Virus record (IMG/VR): IMGVR_UViG_3300034682_000455
Location: 1-53,142 of that record
Strand: one strand, 5' to 3'
Source of the DNA: a virus
Lineage: Duplodnaviria > Caudoviricetes
DNA length: 53,142 bases
The first letter of the stretch is position 1, and every line of letters begins with the position of its first letter. Shown here one piece after another: positions 51,424-53,142 of the stretch. The notes under the pieces were generated by a model. That model had not been told where the DNA came from, searched no databases, and saw only the letters and a program-made list of their open reading frames with translations. The position numbers and the translations under genes are program-made.

Positions 51424-53142
51424 CTATTCCTTCGCTGTAGAGGCAGGTCCGCGGAGAATCAATCCATAATCCTCGCGCAGCTCACGATCAACTAGGTGGA
51501 ATCGTTCCAACCCGAGGCTGGTCCAATGAGACTCTTCGATATGTTCCAGCACGATGATTTGAAAGCCTCCATGTGCGTCCATTTCTTTGACGAAATCGTT
51601 GAGTTCCCTTAGCACGACTTCAAGGCTGAGGATATCGTCGGTTGGCTTACCGTCGGTCCAATACGGCGTACTGGGTTGGTCCAGCACCAAGAACGATGGC
51701 ATCCAAGGTACACGCTGAAGTTTGGCGATCTCGTGCAGTGCAAGAAAATAGGCGACATGCAGGTAGAGGTAGTTCGACGCACTGCCAATGTCCGGCATTT
51801 TCTCAGTCTGCGAGAGATCTGGGGAGTACAGGGTGATCAGGCGGTCCCGTTCGGCAAGATGCGCGGAAAAGCCCTCATAACCTTTGAGTTTCAGCCGCGT
51901 CAACCGTGAATTGATGCGTCGGTTGAGTTCTTCCTTGGTGTAGGCGGTCTTCTGCTGGTTAGCGTCGACTGCTTCCTGCAGTTCTCGGATGGGCGCATCG
52001 AGGTCGTCGTTGATAACTGGTTGGTGCAGGTCGTCGCGTCTGGCATAGAGCTCAAGCTTCGACTCGAGCCGACCAAGATAACGGTGGTAGGTCTGCGGAC
52101 TCAGGCGCATCGCCTCACTGTGCCGTAATTCCTCCTGTCTAGCTCGTAGATCGTCGATGCGCTTTTCGTTAGCATCGATCAGCGTTTGTACCTCCTTGAG
52201 AAAGGGGAAGGTGTCCCGGCTGCGGATGGTTCGCTGGATATCGTCCAGTTCCGTCGTGAGGCGCGAAACCACCTGATGGGCTAAGAACGACGGAAATACC
52301 TGTTCTAAATTGGTGCCGAATATGCTGGCTGGTTTAAGTGCATCGGCCATGTTCCTTAGCACGTCTTTATGGTGGTCTCCGTTTTCAACGAAAGCCACCA
52401 ACCGGCGGTTCTTCGTGCGTAGCTCAAAAATCTCGGCTTCGATTCGATCTGCTTTATCGAGTTGTGCTGGCAAGATATCTGCCATGTCGAGCGCTAGCCG
52501 AAGTGCAGCGATCTGTTCCGTAGGCTTATCCGGGAAGTTGTCGATCAGGCCGAAAGACATCGCTTCCCGGCCGAGCTGCTCAAGCTCGTCGGAGAACGCG
52601 TGGACCGCCTTGTCATAAATCCCAAGTTTTCTCGCCTGTGCGGCCTTCTTGCGTTCGAGGTCTGCCAGTTGACTGCGCGCGAGCGCTGTCTTGACGTTCT
52701 CTGCACCGATGGCCATGCGAAAAGTTCGTTCAATCCCCTCCTGATATCGTCCATCACTTGGACGGATGTACAGATAATCCGGGGCGATGATGGTCGTCTG
52801 ATCCTGGTAACAATGCGCCAGGAAGTTGCGAAACGAGACCTTCTGACCAGCCTGGATGAACTTGCCGCCGTAAGGAACCTTCAACTCGGGATCGATCCCG
52901 AAAGCCTTGTTGAGGACCTTCTTGAGGTTATCGATACGGATGTTCGGTGTAGGCCGTTCTGGGATGATTCCATCCTCGCTGAAGTAGGCTCGCGCTTTGT
53001 CCTGTTGCGCCTCCGAAGGGCGGGCAATGACCAGTTTCTTGTCGTCGATGGTCAGCCTGATGCCATACCAGTCGACCTTGGAATCGATATTGGTCTTGGA
53101 TATACCCTTGGTTTCACTGGCCAGCAGGCAATAATCAATGAT
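51424..53142 (-). CDS. DUF3732-type SMC/ABC ATPase (Lamassu LmuB / ABC-three-component system); 5' end outside the window
   Basis: Frame stays open to the window edge (IIDYCLL...VDWYG...IARP); SFRNFL...YQDQ..IA; coiled coil; IGSASNYL..H signature; FLVLDQPS Walker B; QIIVLEH. Confidence 0.85.
   Translation of the reverse strand: MIDYCLLASETKGISKTNIDSKVDWYGIRLTIDDKKLVIARPSEAQQDKARAYFSEDGIIPERPTPNIRIDNLKKVLNKAFGIDPELKVPYGGKFIQAGQKVSFRNFLAHCYQDQTTIIAPDYLYIRPSDGRYQEGIERTFRMAIGAENVKTALARSQLADLERKKAAQARKLGIYDKAVHAFSDELEQLGREAMSFGLIDNFPDKPTEQIAALRLALDMADILPAQLDKADRIEAEIFELRTKNRRLVAFVENGDHHKDVLRNMADALKPASIFGTNLEQVFPSFLAHQVVSRLTTELDDIQRTIRSRDTFPFLKEVQTLIDANEKRIDDLRARQEELRHSEAMRLSPQTYHRYLGRLESKLELYARRDDLHQPVINDDLDAPIRELQEAVDANQQKTAYTKEELNRRINSRLTRLKLKGYEGFSAHLAERDRLITLYSPDLSQTEKMPDIGSASNYLYLHVAYFLALHEIAKLQRVPWMPSFLVLDQPSTPYWTDGKPTDDILSLEVVLRELNDFVKEMDAHGGFQIIVLEHIEESHWTSLGLERFHLVDRELREDYGLILRGPASTAKE

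Noticed and set aside
1-53142. att sites, tRNA or rRNA genes
   Set aside because: The window starts at the integrase stop and ends inside a gene; no att duplication or tRNA/rRNA sequence recognised

Overview
The window is almost entirely one temperate prophage, probably in a GC-rich betaproteobacterium (Comamonadaceae-like; inference). Neither att site is visible. From left to right it holds: a tyrosine integrase and excisionase; an early-left operon (adenine MTase, an HNH gene sitting in the remains of a C5-cytosine MTase, HU, a YqaJ exonuclease and a RecT-like annealase); a lambda-like cI/cro switch with six 14-bp operators and two accessory genes behind cI (one Cas2/VapD-like); and a replication module (initiator, DnaB, RusA). 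The late region is podovirus-type: TerS, a TerL split into two ORFs, portal, scaffold, N4-gp56-type capsid, ejection proteins including a ~2970-aa polyvalent protein, short-tail genes, and holin/SAR endolysin/Rz/Rz1. Antisense cargo genes (SulP transporter, Ca2+/Na+ antiporter, two small membrane proteins) sit between late units, and a truncated DUF3732-type (Lamassu/ABC-3C) defence ATPase closes the window. Two non-coding patterns stand out. (1) Seven copies of a CCCC-G-G-CTAGGG box, each followed 35-36 nt later by a -10-like hexamer, head the late gene blocks and suggest an activator-dependent late promoter system. (2) A degenerate 24-nt imperfect palindrome marks the borders of the three large cargo inserts. 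All family assignments come from motif recognition by eye, not database searches.
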